A model generated the notes under the pieces. The model was not told the DNA's origin. It saw nothing but the letters and a program-made list of their open reading frames with translations, and ran no database searches. This document shows positions 20,916 to 29,680 of a stretch of 48,195 bases of DNA, in pieces. The stretch lies in IMG/VR virus record IMGVR_UViG_2519899780_000006; one strand, 5' to 3'. Numbering within the stretch: position 1 is the first letter of the stretch; every line of letters starts with the position of its first letter. A program made the position numbers and the translations under genes. The stretch comes from a virus (taxonomy: Duplodnaviria; Heunggongvirae; Uroviricota; Caudoviricetes).

Positions 20916-22827
20916 TCACTCCTCCGGACAGCTTCGCTGCCAGTTCTTTAAGGGTTGGCCGGGTCGTCTCTTCTTCCCGGGATTTTGCCAGTACAGCCAG
21001 ATCAAGCTGCCAGCGTTGCACGGACACACGTAATGCCGCGTAGGCATACACCAGGCAGTCCAGCGCTTCGTTACGCCGCTTTTTGTTATCCCACAGCAGA
21101 CGCATCTTTCCTTTTTCCCACTTCTCCACAAGCTCTTCCGCCACCAGTTGCTGCGCCTCTGTCTGCGAAAAAATCTCCGGATCATCAGGAAAACGGATGG
21201 CATACGACGTGGCTTCATCCGCAGGCGTGGGATCGGCTTTCATACGGGCATAGAGAATTTCTTTTGCGGTGTCCGTCCCCACTTCGCACAGATACACGCC
21301 CCGCTGATTGCGGGTTTTTGGCATGGTGATCACCGGCTTGCCATAAACAGATGCACCTTTTACCGGCAGCACCCGGAAAACACCGTGTTTTTTTGACCTC
21401 TGATAGACAATTTCGCCATCGATCCCCCCTGTGTCCCAGCAGACACGGGAAATGGTCATTTCGGTTCCGTCTGCATGGCGGTATTTTTTGTTGATCGCCA
21501 CATCCACACGTAACAGCGTCTCTTCCTCATCGGGACGCCCCATAATGATGATTTTATCCACCAGAAAGGCTTCCTCTCCCGGAGCCCATCCCCAGACATA
21601 CATCTCAAAACGGTTTCGCTGCGAGTCAATGCCCGCCGTCAGATAAACCACCCGGGCAGGCACCGCCGCCGTGTAATGCACGACCTTATCCATCAGTACC
21701 TGGTGATCGAGTTTTTCGCCCACGGCCTCTTCCCAGGTCTCGCCCAGCGTGGTGTTCACAAATGTTTTCAGGCCGTTGGGATCTTTCAGTGCATCCAGCC
21801 AGTCATAGACAATCTGTACCCAGGTGGTGAACGGACTGTACGCCGTCCAGATATGGAATGTGATGGAGCGCGGCGGCGGAATTTCATTACCCGCAGCGCT
21901 GAAAAACGTCAGGCCGTCACGGGTCCACATGCCCGTGTTTTCACAGATCCACCGCCCGTTGCTCTGGTCAAGATCAGACTGATGGATCACGCAGCCATGA
22001 TGTTCACAGAGGTAGAAAACACTTTCTGGACTGTCCTTCTCCCATTTAAGGCCAAAAGGCGTGGACTCATCGCCAAATTTCAGATACTGCTCCTCCCCGC
22101 AGTGTGGGCAGGGCACATAAAAACGCATAAAATGCGCCGACTCGTTGGCCGCTTTTTCGATCTGGCAGGAACCTTTTATTTTTGGCGTCGAGCCGCGAAT
22201 GGATTTTGGCCATACCGAGCCCTCAATACGCTTATCCCCCAGCAGGGTTGGCGAGCCCTCTTTTTCGACATCCGGTTCGAACGAGGAAAGCTCGTCATAG
22301 CAGACCACATCCACGGATTTTTCACGGTAGTTTTTTGCTGCCGCACCACCCAGGCACCAGAAACCCACACCCGATGAAAAGCGTTTCAGCGTGAGGGTAT
22401 TATCACGATGTTTACGTCCCAGCCAGGGAGAAAGTTTTTTCAGGCAGGGAACATCGCGAATCGTCGCCTCCACGTGAGACTTCATAAAATCTTCAGCGGC
22501 AGAATCCGTGGGCTGAAAAAGCAGACTGTTTCGGGATTTATGCTCAATAAAATACCCGGCGACTCCCAGCAACATCTTTGTATAGCCAACACGGGCAGAT
22601 TTAATCAGATTAACAGTCCGGATCTGATCATTCCCCATGCTGTTCATGATGGCGATCTGGAACGGCAGCGTTTTCCATTCGCCGTCACCATATGAAGATT
22701 CTTTAGGCAGATAATAATTTTGATCAGCCCATTCAACTGGCGTCACCGGCAATGCCCTTATCAGGGGCTGTAATGCTGTTGTGACAGCACTCATCATATT
22801 ATTCAGTTGTTGCTCTGATATATTCAT
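20899..22827 (-). CDS. A: Terminase large subunit A
   Basis: Start taken at MNISEQQLNN (ATG 22825-22827), giving 642 aa; WADQNYYLPKESSYGDGEWKTLPFQ matches lambda gpA as recalled. The ORF track extends 19 codons upstream. Confidence 0.9.
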   Translation of the reverse strand: MNISEQQLNNMMSAVTTALQPLIRALPVTPVEWADQNYYLPKESSYGDGEWKTLPFQIAIMNSMGNDQIRTVNLIKSARVGYTKMLLGVAGYFIEHKSRNSLLFQPTDSAAEDFMKSHVEATIRDVPCLKKLSPWLGRKHRDNTLTLKRFSSGVGFWCLGGAAAKNYREKSVDVVCYDELSSFEPDVEKEGSPTLLGDKRIEGSVWPKSIRGSTPKIKGSCQIEKAANESAHFMRFYVPCPHCGEEQYLKFGDESTPFGLKWEKDSPESVFYLCEHHGCVIHQSDLDQSNGRWICENTGMWTRDGLTFFSAAGNEIPPPRSITFHIWTAYSPFTTWVQIVYDWLDALKDPNGLKTFVNTTLGETWEEAVGEKLDHQVLMDKVVHYTAAVPARVVYLTAGIDSQRNRFEMYVWGWAPGEEAFLVDKIIIMGRPDEEETLLRVDVAINKKYRHADGTEMTISRVCWDTGGIDGEIVYQRSKKHGVFRVLPVKGASVYGKPVITMPKTRNQRGVYLCEVGTDTAKEILYARMKADPTPADEATSYAIRFPDDPEIFSQTEAQQLVAEELVEKWEKGKMRLLWDNKKRRNEALDCLVYAYAALRVSVQRWQLDLAVLAKSREEETTRPTLKELAAKLSGGVNGYSR

Positions 22828-23308
22828 CGAGTAAATCCGGTAATTTATCCCCCGCCCGCGCACACTGATTTGCCCCCTTCGCAATAAGGGTTTTCAGATG
22901 GTCAAGATGGCGCGGAGTTAAATCAGGAAACTGTCGCTGCATGGATAAAGGGATGGAATCAAGCGTACTGGATAACGCCATTGCCAGCTTGCTGAGGGCA
23001 AAAATACAGAACCCGGTGTCAATAAGTTTTCCTTTTGACACCTCATTTTTTAACTGCTGTGTAACAGCCTGTTCTGCTGTCAGTTCCCATCTGGCAATAA
23101 GCAATTTCTCCTCATAGTCGTCTTCGCTATCGCCATCAGGCACATCGTTTTTACTTCTTCTCAGATACGATATGTAAAAATCGCGCCAGGCATCCAGATC
23201 CAGTTGCCCTCGCTTATTCGATATCGGGGCACCCGGCAATTTCTGCAATCTGCGAAGCTGGCGATCGGTCAGACTTAAATGCCTGGCAACTTCAGTCTGC
23301 GTAGCCAC
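22799..23308 (-). CDS. nu1: Terminase small subunit Nu1-like
   Basis: 169 aa; C-terminal half resembles lambda Nu1; N-terminal HTH region diverged; overlaps A start; adjacent to cos. Confidence 0.8.
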   Translation of the reverse strand: MATQTEVARHLSLTDRQLRRLQKLPGAPISNKRGQLDLDAWRDFYISYLRRSKNDVPDGDSEDDYEEKLLIARWELTAEQAVTQQLKNEVSKGKLIDTGFCIFALSKLAMALSSTLDSIPLSMQRQFPDLTPRHLDHLKTLIAKGANQCARAGDKLPDLLDEYIRATTE

Positions 23309-23339
23309 TCCTCACCTCGCAAAAACTCTCACCTCACAA

Positions 23340-23503
23340 TCACAACAAAACCGGTCATGTCCGGTTTTAGTGTCTATTTTTTGCGCATGTCCGGTTCATG
23401 GAAAGCATGTTTTTATATTTTTCATATGGTTAACTTGCAGAGAAACCGGACATGGATCCCGGAAAATTTTCATAAATAGTGAAAATCCGCGAGGTCGCCG
23501 CCC
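23340..23503. other. cos: Cohesive end site cos (cosB repeats plus cosN)
   Basis: cosN aggtcgccgccc at 23492-23503 (reverse complement GGGCGGCGACCT, the lambda 12-nt cohesive end). Flank matches lambda cos in reverse complement. Three copies of CATGTCCGGTT: 23356 and 23386 direct, 23444 inverted. Confidence 0.7.
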
Positions 23504-23709
23504 CGTAACCGGTCGGATCGCCGGAAAGGACCCACGAAATGATAATTATTATCATCTATATAAGGTTTATCACAACATGTGTGTACGCCATCAAACCACG
23601 AGAAATAATCAATTATGACGCAGGTATCGTATTAATTGATCTGCGTCAAATTAACGTAAAAGCAACTTCTGATAATACAAATCAGCAACACTGAATATGG
23701 GGAAACATT

Positions 23710-23895
23710 ATGTCATCAAAGAACAGAACGCGCAGAACAACAACCCGCAACATCCGATTTCCAAACCAGATGATTGAACAAATTAACATCGCTCTTGATC
23801 TGAAAGGTTCAGGAAACTTTTCAGCGTGGGTTATTGAAGCCTGCAGAAGAAGGCTGTCAACAGAGAGTTCGGGTATGAATTACATAATTAAGTAA
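23710..23895 (+). CDS. Small basic protein, possible ribbon-helix-helix (YlcI-like position)
   Basis: 61 aa, MSSKNRTRRTTTRNIRFPNQMIEQINIALDLKG; on the strand opposite the late genes, in an AT-rich stretch next to cos. Confidence 0.4.
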   Translation: MSSKNRTRRTTTRNIRFPNQMIEQINIALDLKGSGNFSAWVIEACRRRLSTESSGMNYIIK

Positions 23896-24518
23896 CATGG
23901 TGTTCACAGAACACGCAGTTACCGGACACATCAGTTTTCCATTCGCTCCCTGGCAGTACAGGCTTCCCCTCTGACGGGATAGCCTGAAAAAATAACACAG
24001 AAAATTATTTGTTATAATTAATATAACTTACTCAAAAAAAAGCGACGAGAAAATCAGCATCAACGAACAATAAGCGCCAATACGTGATAACAAATGGCAG
24101 CCATATTTATCTGCAGTATAAGCAATGGACAGGATAACCACACCAGAAACCGTCAGCATAAAATCCATTTGAACTTCCCCGGACAAAATCGACTCATCTA
24201 AAGATTTACAGCTCTTTTTATTATCAATATGTTAAAAGTAAAATAAACAGATGTTCAATAACACGAATACAAAAACGTGCTGAAATTCAATGAATCCATT
24301 TCTGTGTCATCAATTAATAGTGATAAACATCCGGCTTCTTCCACCATCGCACCGGACAGGCGACTATGAGGGGACAACGCCGCGCTCCGTTAACGCGGTA
24401 AACCCCGGTGTGTATCGTTTTTGATTATCCCCGCACACTCGCGCAGAGGAGTCTCCCTGTCGGGCTGCGGTCTCTGTTAATGCGGGGATACGGCGACAAT
24501 ACCGCGCATCAGCAAAAC

Positions 24519-24986
24519 TTATTTCAGGCACTGAGTGCGGATATAGTCCTGTGCCCCTTCCAGTTGCTTCTGCATCGTCATCAGCCGCTCTCTGAGGGTG
24601 AAATAATCCCGTGTAACGGTGTCTGCCAGTTGGGGGCCGGTTGCATTATCCACGCGGGCGGTGCCGGTGGCTTCACGCACGGGACCTGGACAGGTGGCGT
24701 TGATCCGCAGGCTGCGGTGACCAGCGGCAACGTCAGCGCGAAGAGTTTCATTTTCAGCTCTCGCATCGGCTAATTCCCTCGAGTATCTGGCATCAAGTGC
24801 AGCAACATCACGCTGGCGCTGCTGCATATCAGTAATGGTTGCATTTGCCAGCTCCAGCTCACTGACTTTTTTATCGCGCTGCTCTTTGTAGGTTATGGCG
24901 TTATCACGGTAATGATTCAGCCCCAGACTAAGCGCACCACAGGCCACCAGCAGGGCAATGATGACCACGCACAGTACGCGGTTCAT
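24519..24986 (-). CDS. Rz: Spanin inner-membrane subunit Rz
   Basis: 155 aa; N-terminal TM helix then NHYRDNAITYKEQRDKK and C-terminal FTLRERLMTMQKQLEGAQDYI, matching lambda Rz as recalled. Confidence 0.9.
   Translation of the reverse strand: MNRVLCVVIIALLVACGALSLGLNHYRDNAITYKEQRDKKVSELELANATITDMQQRQRDVAALDARYSRELADARAENETLRADVAAGHRSLRINATCPGPVREATGTARVDNATGPQLADTVTRDYFTLRERLMTMQKQLEGAQDYIRTQCLK
24581..24751 (-). CDS. Rz1: Spanin outer-membrane lipoprotein Rz1 (embedded in Rz)
   Basis: Embedded +1-frame ORF; start taken at MKLFALTLPLVTAAC (lipobox), followed by Pro-rich CVKPPAPPAWIMQP. Confidence 0.8.
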   Translation of the reverse strand: MKLFALTLPLVTAACGSTPPVQVPCVKPPAPPAWIMQPAPNWQTPLHGIISPSESG

Positions 24987-24987
24987 T

Positions 24988-25086
24988 TCACCACCAGCGT
25001 ATCTGACCGATGAAATAACCGGAGGCCATAATCACAAACACCAGCCAGATAAGAATGAACTTCCAGGTGGATAATTTTTCAGCCAT
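24988..25086 (-). CDS. Candidate 32-aa single-TM micro-protein translationally coupled to Rz
   Basis: MAEKLSTWKFILIWLVFVIMASGYFIGQIRWW; its TGA stop overlaps the Rz start (TGAAATG). Not in the ORF track because it is under 60 aa. Confidence 0.25.
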   Translation of the reverse strand: MAEKLSTWKFILIWLVFVIMASGYFIGQIRWW

Positions 25087-25156
25087 CACTCGAATCTCCC
25101 GAATCAGTTTGCTAAAATCAAACACACTTTCTCCTTTGACTTTTCCAGAGTCAGGA

Positions 25157-25196
25157 AACACAAAACCCCGCTTGCAGCCAACAAACGGGGTTTTTA
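25157..25196. terminator. Bidirectional terminator-like hairpin between R and Rz
   Basis: ccccg...cgggg stem (25166-25190) with a T-run after it on the plus strand and a U-rich tract after it on the minus strand. Confidence 0.4.
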
Positions 25197-25284
25197 CTTT
25201 TATTCACTTAGTTTTTGTCAGTTCGCAGGATTTCGTGTTATCCGTCCGTGTGAGCAAACCGCATTTTTCAGCAAAATATTCTGC

Positions 25285-25818
25285 TTATCTGTCAATTCCC
25301 CAGCACGCCAGCGCACTCTCCTGGTCGCGACGGGATACCTGACCGTAACAGTTGTTTGAGCGAATACGGCAGTCTCTGCCACCGTCCTTAATCCACCAGC
25401 GAATCGCCTCACACGCCCCCCTGCGATCGCCTGCATTAATTCGTTTATAAAACGTCGACGGGAAACACTTACCGGGACCAATGTTGTACGGACAGAATGA
25501 CGCGATCCCCGCTTTCTGGGGTTCGGTCAGTGGCACTCTGATGTTTTTCTCCACCCACGCCAGCGCTTTATCACGCTCAATGGCGTTAACCTGGTCGCAT
25601 TTTTCCTTCGACAACTTCATGCCCGGAACGACAGGTTTGCCATCCACCATGATGGCACCACGGCAGATGGTCCAGATACCTGCACCATCACGGTATGCCG
25701 TGGTGTGATTGCCTTCCTTTTCATCCAGAAACTGGTCGAGAATGTCAGGCGCAGGCGCACCAGCGGCAATCAGCGCCAGAACGGCAGCCGACAGGCCGTA
25801 TTTGATTTTGGTGTTCAT
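25285..25818 (-). CDS. R: SAR endolysin (T4-lysozyme-like muramidase, GH24)
   Basis: 177 aa; weakly hydrophobic Gly/Ala-rich N-terminus (YGLSAAVLALIAAGAPAP); catalytic E-x8-D-x5-T spacing (EGNHTTAYRDGAGIWT). Confidence 0.85.
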   Translation of the reverse strand: MNTKIKYGLSAAVLALIAAGAPAPDILDQFLDEKEGNHTTAYRDGAGIWTICRGAIMVDGKPVVPGMKLSKEKCDQVNAIERDKALAWVEKNIRVPLTEPQKAGIASFCPYNIGPGKCFPSTFYKRINAGDRRGACEAIRWWIKDGGRDCRIRSNNCYGQVSRRDQESALACWGIDR

Positions 25819-25860
25819 GGATATTTATCAGGATTTATCGGCAACAGATAACGAGCCAGC

Positions 25861-26667
25861 TTATATACGTCCTTTAAGATAAGTCAGTCCTGGATGAAAC
25901 CAGTAAGCCGGCACTTTTTTAAAGGGCGGATTATCAAAATCACGAAGAAGAGCCTCCCGCACAACTGCATCCTTGTCCGCACCACTGGCCAGCGCTTCAA
26001 TCTCAGCAGCTATCTGCAGATATCCCATGCAACGGCCAATGCGCTTCATCAGCCCCTGCTTTTTATTGTTCTTCAGGTAATCAATGGCAAATTCAATGAG
26101 CGCCTCACTATGCTGGTGCGATGGCGGTGTTAATTTCCCATTTTCTGAGATGGTTATTTTCCCGCCATCTCCGTATACAACAAAGGATGGCCGGTTACAC
26201 TCCCATTCCTGATCTTTATCAGGTGCAGACGCAATAAAATAACGTTTATTTCCTTCCTCTCCGGCACTTTTAACCGTAATGGAGTACTCAGACTGCAGAC
26301 AAGACGCCTCTTTTTCTGACCGCAGTGTTGACGGCGGCATCTTCAGAGAACCAGTAATTCTTCCCGGTAGCTTTCCTTTGTAGGTTATCAACACATCCTG
26401 CGCCTCTAAAATTATGGGGCGCTTTTCCGGCAACGGTTCGTTCCCTTCACATAACCCGGCAGCAACATCCATGAAAAACTGCTTCGCCTGCTTTTTCGCC
26501 TCAGCTTCGTAAAACTCCAGCGTGGCACCTTCAGTACGGTCAAGACTAATCGCCACATCTGGCAACAACAGTGACGGATACCCACCAATTTCCAGTGCCA
26601 CAGTAACAGTAATCTTATCCGGATAATTATTTATCCCTTTAACACCCAGTTCGTATTTTTTCTTCAT
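25861..26667 (-). CDS. Hypothetical 268-aa protein inserted between holin and endolysin
   Basis: Intact ORF with GGGGGAG RBS directly after the S stop; lower GC than flanks; no TM segment or signal peptide; no motif I recognise. Confidence 0.6.
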   Translation of the reverse strand: MKKKYELGVKGINNYPDKITVTVALEIGGYPSLLLPDVAISLDRTEGATLEFYEAEAKKQAKQFFMDVAAGLCEGNEPLPEKRPIILEAQDVLITYKGKLPGRITGSLKMPPSTLRSEKEASCLQSEYSITVKSAGEEGNKRYFIASAPDKDQEWECNRPSFVVYGDGGKITISENGKLTPPSHQHSEALIEFAIDYLKNNKKQGLMKRIGRCMGYLQIAAEIEALASGADKDAVVREALLRDFDNPPFKKVPAYWFHPGLTYLKGRI

Positions 26668-26671
26668 CGCT

Positions 26672-26887
26672 TTACTCCCCCCGCGCCGCCTTACGACGGT
26701 CCTCTCTGATTTTGAAATACAGGTTAGTCAGATATGTCAGCAGCCCAAACAGCAGACTCCCCAGCACGCCTATTGCCGCCCACTGAGACGGGGAAACCCT
26801 GTCCAGCAACTGCAGGAACCAGTAGCCCGTTCCCACCGCTGACGTGGTGTATGACACACCTGTTGTGATTTTTTCCATCTGGTACAT
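26672..26887 (-). CDS. S: Class II holin, phage 21 S21-type pinholin
   Basis: 71 aa from dual-start motif MYQM (ATG 26885-26887); [50 protein letters not shown] matches S21 as recalled. The ORF track extends it upstream to 26965. Confidence 0.85.
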   Translation of the reverse strand: MYQMEKITTGVSYTTSAVGTGYWFLQLLDRVSPSQWAAIGVLGSLLFGLLTYLTNLYFKIREDRRKAARGE

Positions 26888-26919
26888 ACCCCGTCTCCCG
26901 TTATCCGGAAGCTGACAAC

Positions 26920-26952
26920 AATAAAAAAAGCCACCAGTTAAGTACTGATGGC
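26920..26952 (-). terminator. Terminator-like hairpin upstream of S
   Basis: Imperfect 9-bp stem (26930-26952) followed on the minus strand by UUUUUUUAUUG. Confidence 0.35.
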
Positions 26953-27037
26953 TCTGATAACTCATGCAGGCATCTCAGACGACCCACTGACACTACCGGT
27001 GAGTTTAACGATACCTTCCATTTGACTGGCTCACTTT

Positions 27038-28891
27038 TTATGATGATGCCGGTGCATTTATCTCCAGCACCAGACTTTCTATCTCAACGCCATACGCTGC
27101 ATTTTTGGTAATATCCGTCAGCGTCAGCGCATTCAGCCCCAGTGTCAGACTGTCTTTTATGACCTGGAATGCCGGGCCAGCCACTCCATTCAGTTTCGGA
27201 GTAACCGTGGCACTGCCGGCGGTGAACACCAGCTCCAGCGTCTGCCAGTCGTTACTGTAATTCCCGAACTCGCCCAACTTTGTGTTTCCGGCTTTCTTGT
27301 GATGCATCAGATTCAGTTTGCCGTCTGTGGTCTGGGTGAAGAACGACATCAGGAACGGGTTACCAGTCCCGGTCATCGCCACGACGTCAGGTAACGCTAC
27401 ATCGGTATACAGATAAATTCCCAGACCGAACTGGTTGTTGGTCAGTGCGCCTGACAGTCGAAACTTACAGCTCAGTCTGCCACCCCGTGTCAGCAGGGAG
27501 ACTGCGTCATCCACCGGGCGCGTCAGGGACCAGGCTTTATTGCTCTGCTTGGTGATCTTAAATACACCATCTGACAACTGAATTCCGCCATTCTTAATGC
27601 TCCAGCCCTGCGCAGCAGCATCTCCGGCTGTCGGCAACAGGGAGATTGTGCGTACGGATGCATCTTCAGACGGCCCCGATGGCGTGTCGACGCCGGGCGA
27701 GGGTTTGATTTCCGGTGCCTTACCACTGATGAAGGCTGAGGTGCGCCCGGCTGCGTTCAGAATAGCGGTTGCCATACGATCCGGAATAATGCTCCTGCGC
27801 GCCCATGAACTGAAATGTGTCGGGCGGTTTGATGATACCTGGTTTCCATTCGTTCTCGATGCCGCACCGTAATATCCTGATGCCGGAATATCCGGATCTT
27901 CTGCCGGTGCGTTAGTGGCGGTATTGACGCCGTTACCGTCTGTCATGAAGGGCACAAAATAAACGCCCTCACTCTCCCTGTTTTTATACCCTCCGTACAC
28001 GGTGTCGTACTGGGTAGCGTATGTATTTTTCCAGTAATACGTCGTGTCACCACAAATCCACGGTACAACTGCAGCACTGCCGCCATGGCACTGCGCGTTA
28101 AATCCGGAAAGGTCAGTACGGAACTGCTTCAGCATGGCCGTGAACAGGTCCGGTTGCTGTGCGTAGGTGGCAGCGCTCATGTCAAATTCGCCCTGCATCC
28201 AGCACACCGCCAGCAACACATTTTTCGGGTTCTTCTGTAATGCAGCTTTAGTGCGCGCAATCAGGTCCTGATATAGCGGTTTACCCACACCCCAGCGTGC
28301 CGAATCCTGGCTGGCCCCCGCGTCCGCACTGAATGTCCCCTCCGCGCCCTGGGTGAATGCCGAACCACCACGACAGCATGGTACCAGCAGGATCCCAGCG
28401 TTATTCGGGATATACGGGAGCAGTTTTTTGGCAATATGTAAGCCCTGGCCGACACAGCCGTACTGCCCTTTGCTCAGGTCTGCCTTCGGATGATTCAGCG
28501 TACTCATATCCTGCACATCATGCAGACAGTGGTCAGCCGGGATGATGTCGTTATACGTACAACTCTCTCCCCCCGGAGTTACCGTGCTGCGGCGCGCCAG
28601 CTGTTTAATGCGCGGATCCGGAGCATCGTAAGAATCCGGTAACGGAAGCCCTTCACCGTAGGCCATGCCGTTGGACTGTCCGGCAAGCACAACCACGTAG
28701 AACCAGTCCGGCTCAGATGAAGGGCCGACCTGTGGATCTCCTTCAATAGCCACCGCCTGCATCAGTGTGTACGGCGTAATGGCAACCGGTCCGCCATATG
28801 GCTGCCAGCCCTCTTTCAGTTTGTGTGTCAGCTTTTCCGCAAGGTCTGACGGCGACGCCGCCCTGACAACATCATAGTGTTTAAATGCCAT
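27038..28891 (-). CDS. NanS-like sialate O-acetylesterase (SGNH hydrolase)
   Basis: 617 aa; GQSN motif (VLAGQSNGMAYG); occupies the slot between the tRNA cluster and S where Stx phages carry this esterase. Confidence 0.75.
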   Translation of the reverse strand: MAFKHYDVVRAASPSDLAEKLTHKLKEGWQPYGGPVAITPYTLMQAVAIEGDPQVGPSSEPDWFYVVVLAGQSNGMAYGEGLPLPDSYDAPDPRIKQLARRSTVTPGGESCTYNDIIPADHCLHDVQDMSTLNHPKADLSKGQYGCVGQGLHIAKKLLPYIPNNAGILLVPCCRGGSAFTQGAEGTFSADAGASQDSARWGVGKPLYQDLIARTKAALQKNPKNVLLAVCWMQGEFDMSAATYAQQPDLFTAMLKQFRTDLSGFNAQCHGGSAAVVPWICGDTTYYWKNTYATQYDTVYGGYKNRESEGVYFVPFMTDGNGVNTATNAPAEDPDIPASGYYGAASRTNGNQVSSNRPTHFSSWARRSIIPDRMATAILNAAGRTSAFISGKAPEIKPSPGVDTPSGPSEDASVRTISLLPTAGDAAAQGWSIKNGGIQLSDGVFKITKQSNKAWSLTRPVDDAVSLLTRGGRLSCKFRLSGALTNNQFGLGIYLYTDVALPDVVAMTGTGNPFLMSFFTQTTDGKLNLMHHKKAGNTKLGEFGNYSNDWQTLELVFTAGSATVTPKLNGVAGPAFQVIKDSLTLGLNALTLTDITKNAAYGVEIESLVLEINAPASS

Positions 28892-29044
28892 GAATCCTCC
28901 CGGCCGGGATAATATTGTGAGTAAAATGAGGAGCGGGCTGAAGTCCGGAAGTTACAGGACAATGGCAGAAGAGAGACAACAGCCCGCAATACGAAAAAGG
29001 CCGCGCTATTGCGCAGAGTGATTACTGTCGGATATTATTCGCCA

Positions 29045-29114
29045 GCTGAAATATTACTTCACGTTTTGTTGTTTATTCCTTGCCGCCCGCGTCTCCCAGC
29101 GCGGGCTTTTTTTT
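29045..29114 (+). ncRNA. Speculative small RNA of about 70 nt
   Basis: Possible promoter TTGCGC (29009-29014), 18-nt spacer, TATTAT (29033-29038), then the terminator above; G/U-rich body. Confidence 0.2.
29085..29114 (+). terminator. Plus-strand intrinsic terminator with no upstream plus-strand gene
   Basis: 7-bp GC stem gcccgcg / cgcgggc followed by TTTTTTTT (29107-29114). Confidence 0.45.
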
Positions 29115-29341
29115 GTCCATAAGAAAGCCCCTCCGGAGAGGGGCTGGAGAGTGGCGCTATGTGCCATTGCATGGTGCCGGGTGCCTCCCGGTGAATTCAG
29201 TACCAGCACCTGAATCCGCGATTATCCCATATACCTACTCGCTGATTGCCCCTCCGCACAGGGGGATTCACCATGCCAGTTTCTTTTAACAAACTCCCCG
29301 CAAAACAGACAACTGTCAACCGTCTGAATTGTGAGACATTT

Positions 29342-29367
29342 AAAAAAAAGGCCCGCAAAAGCGAGCC
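29342..29367 (-). terminator. Intrinsic terminator after the tRNA cluster
   Basis: Hairpin GGCUCGC UUUU GCGGGCC followed by an 8-U run on the minus strand. Confidence 0.45.
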
Positions 29368-29381
29368 AGGGAAAATAAGTG

Positions 29382-29458
29382 TGGCGCGTTGTACTGGATT
29401 CGAACCAGTGACCGATTGCTTAGAAGGCAATTGCTCTGTCCGGCTGAGCTAACAACGC
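29382..29458 (-). tRNA. argO: tRNA-Arg (anticodon UCU)
   Basis: 77-nt cloverleaf folded by hand: acceptor GCGTTGT/ACAACGC, D stem GCTC/GAGC, anticodon loop CUUCUAA, T loop TTCGAAT, 3' CCA encoded. Confidence 0.85.
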
Positions 29459-29474
29459 AGGATACAGATAATGA

Positions 29475-29548
29475 ACCGCCTTCGGGGACCCGAACTCCGC
29501 GCAACCAGCTTCGAAGGCTGGCGCTCTATCCTGATGAGCTAATGGCGG
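29475..29548 (-). tRNA. argN: tRNA-Arg (anticodon UCG), slightly imperfect
   Basis: About 74 nt; anticodon loop CUUCGAA; T loop TTCGGGT; one mismatch each in acceptor and T stems; no encoded CCA. Ends approximate. Confidence 0.6.
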
Positions 29549-29555
29549 TATGTGA

Positions 29556-29631
29556 TGGTGGCCCTTGCTGGATTTGAACCAGCGACCTGGCGATTATGAG
29601 TCGCTCGCTCTCACCACTGAGCTAAAGGGCC
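29556..29631 (-). tRNA. ileZ: tRNA-Ile2 (anticodon CAU), ileX/ileZ-like
   Basis: 76 nt reading GGCCCTTTAGCTCAGTGGTGAGAGCGAGCGACTCATAATCGC...CCACCA, close to E. coli ileX as recalled. Confidence 0.85.
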
Positions 29632-29680
29632 GGGAGCAGAATAATAATGGTGCGTAATTAATTCTGCAATCTCATCCGTT

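Noticed and set aside
24027-24167. 46-aa hydrophobic minus-strand ORF in the AT-rich stretch between the YlcI-like gene and Rz
   Set aside because: Only a weak RBS and no other support; could be a real small membrane protein but the evidence is too thin to call.
24408-24773. 121-aa plus-strand ORF overlapping Rz/Rz1
   Set aside because: Antisense to the well-supported Rz/Rz1 pair; bor-like genes in lambda lie outside Rz, not over it.
28892-29381. Possible stx or other toxin genes between the tRNA cluster and the esterase
   Set aside because: The interval is only about 490 bp with no ORF of suitable size; only hairpins and a possible sRNA.
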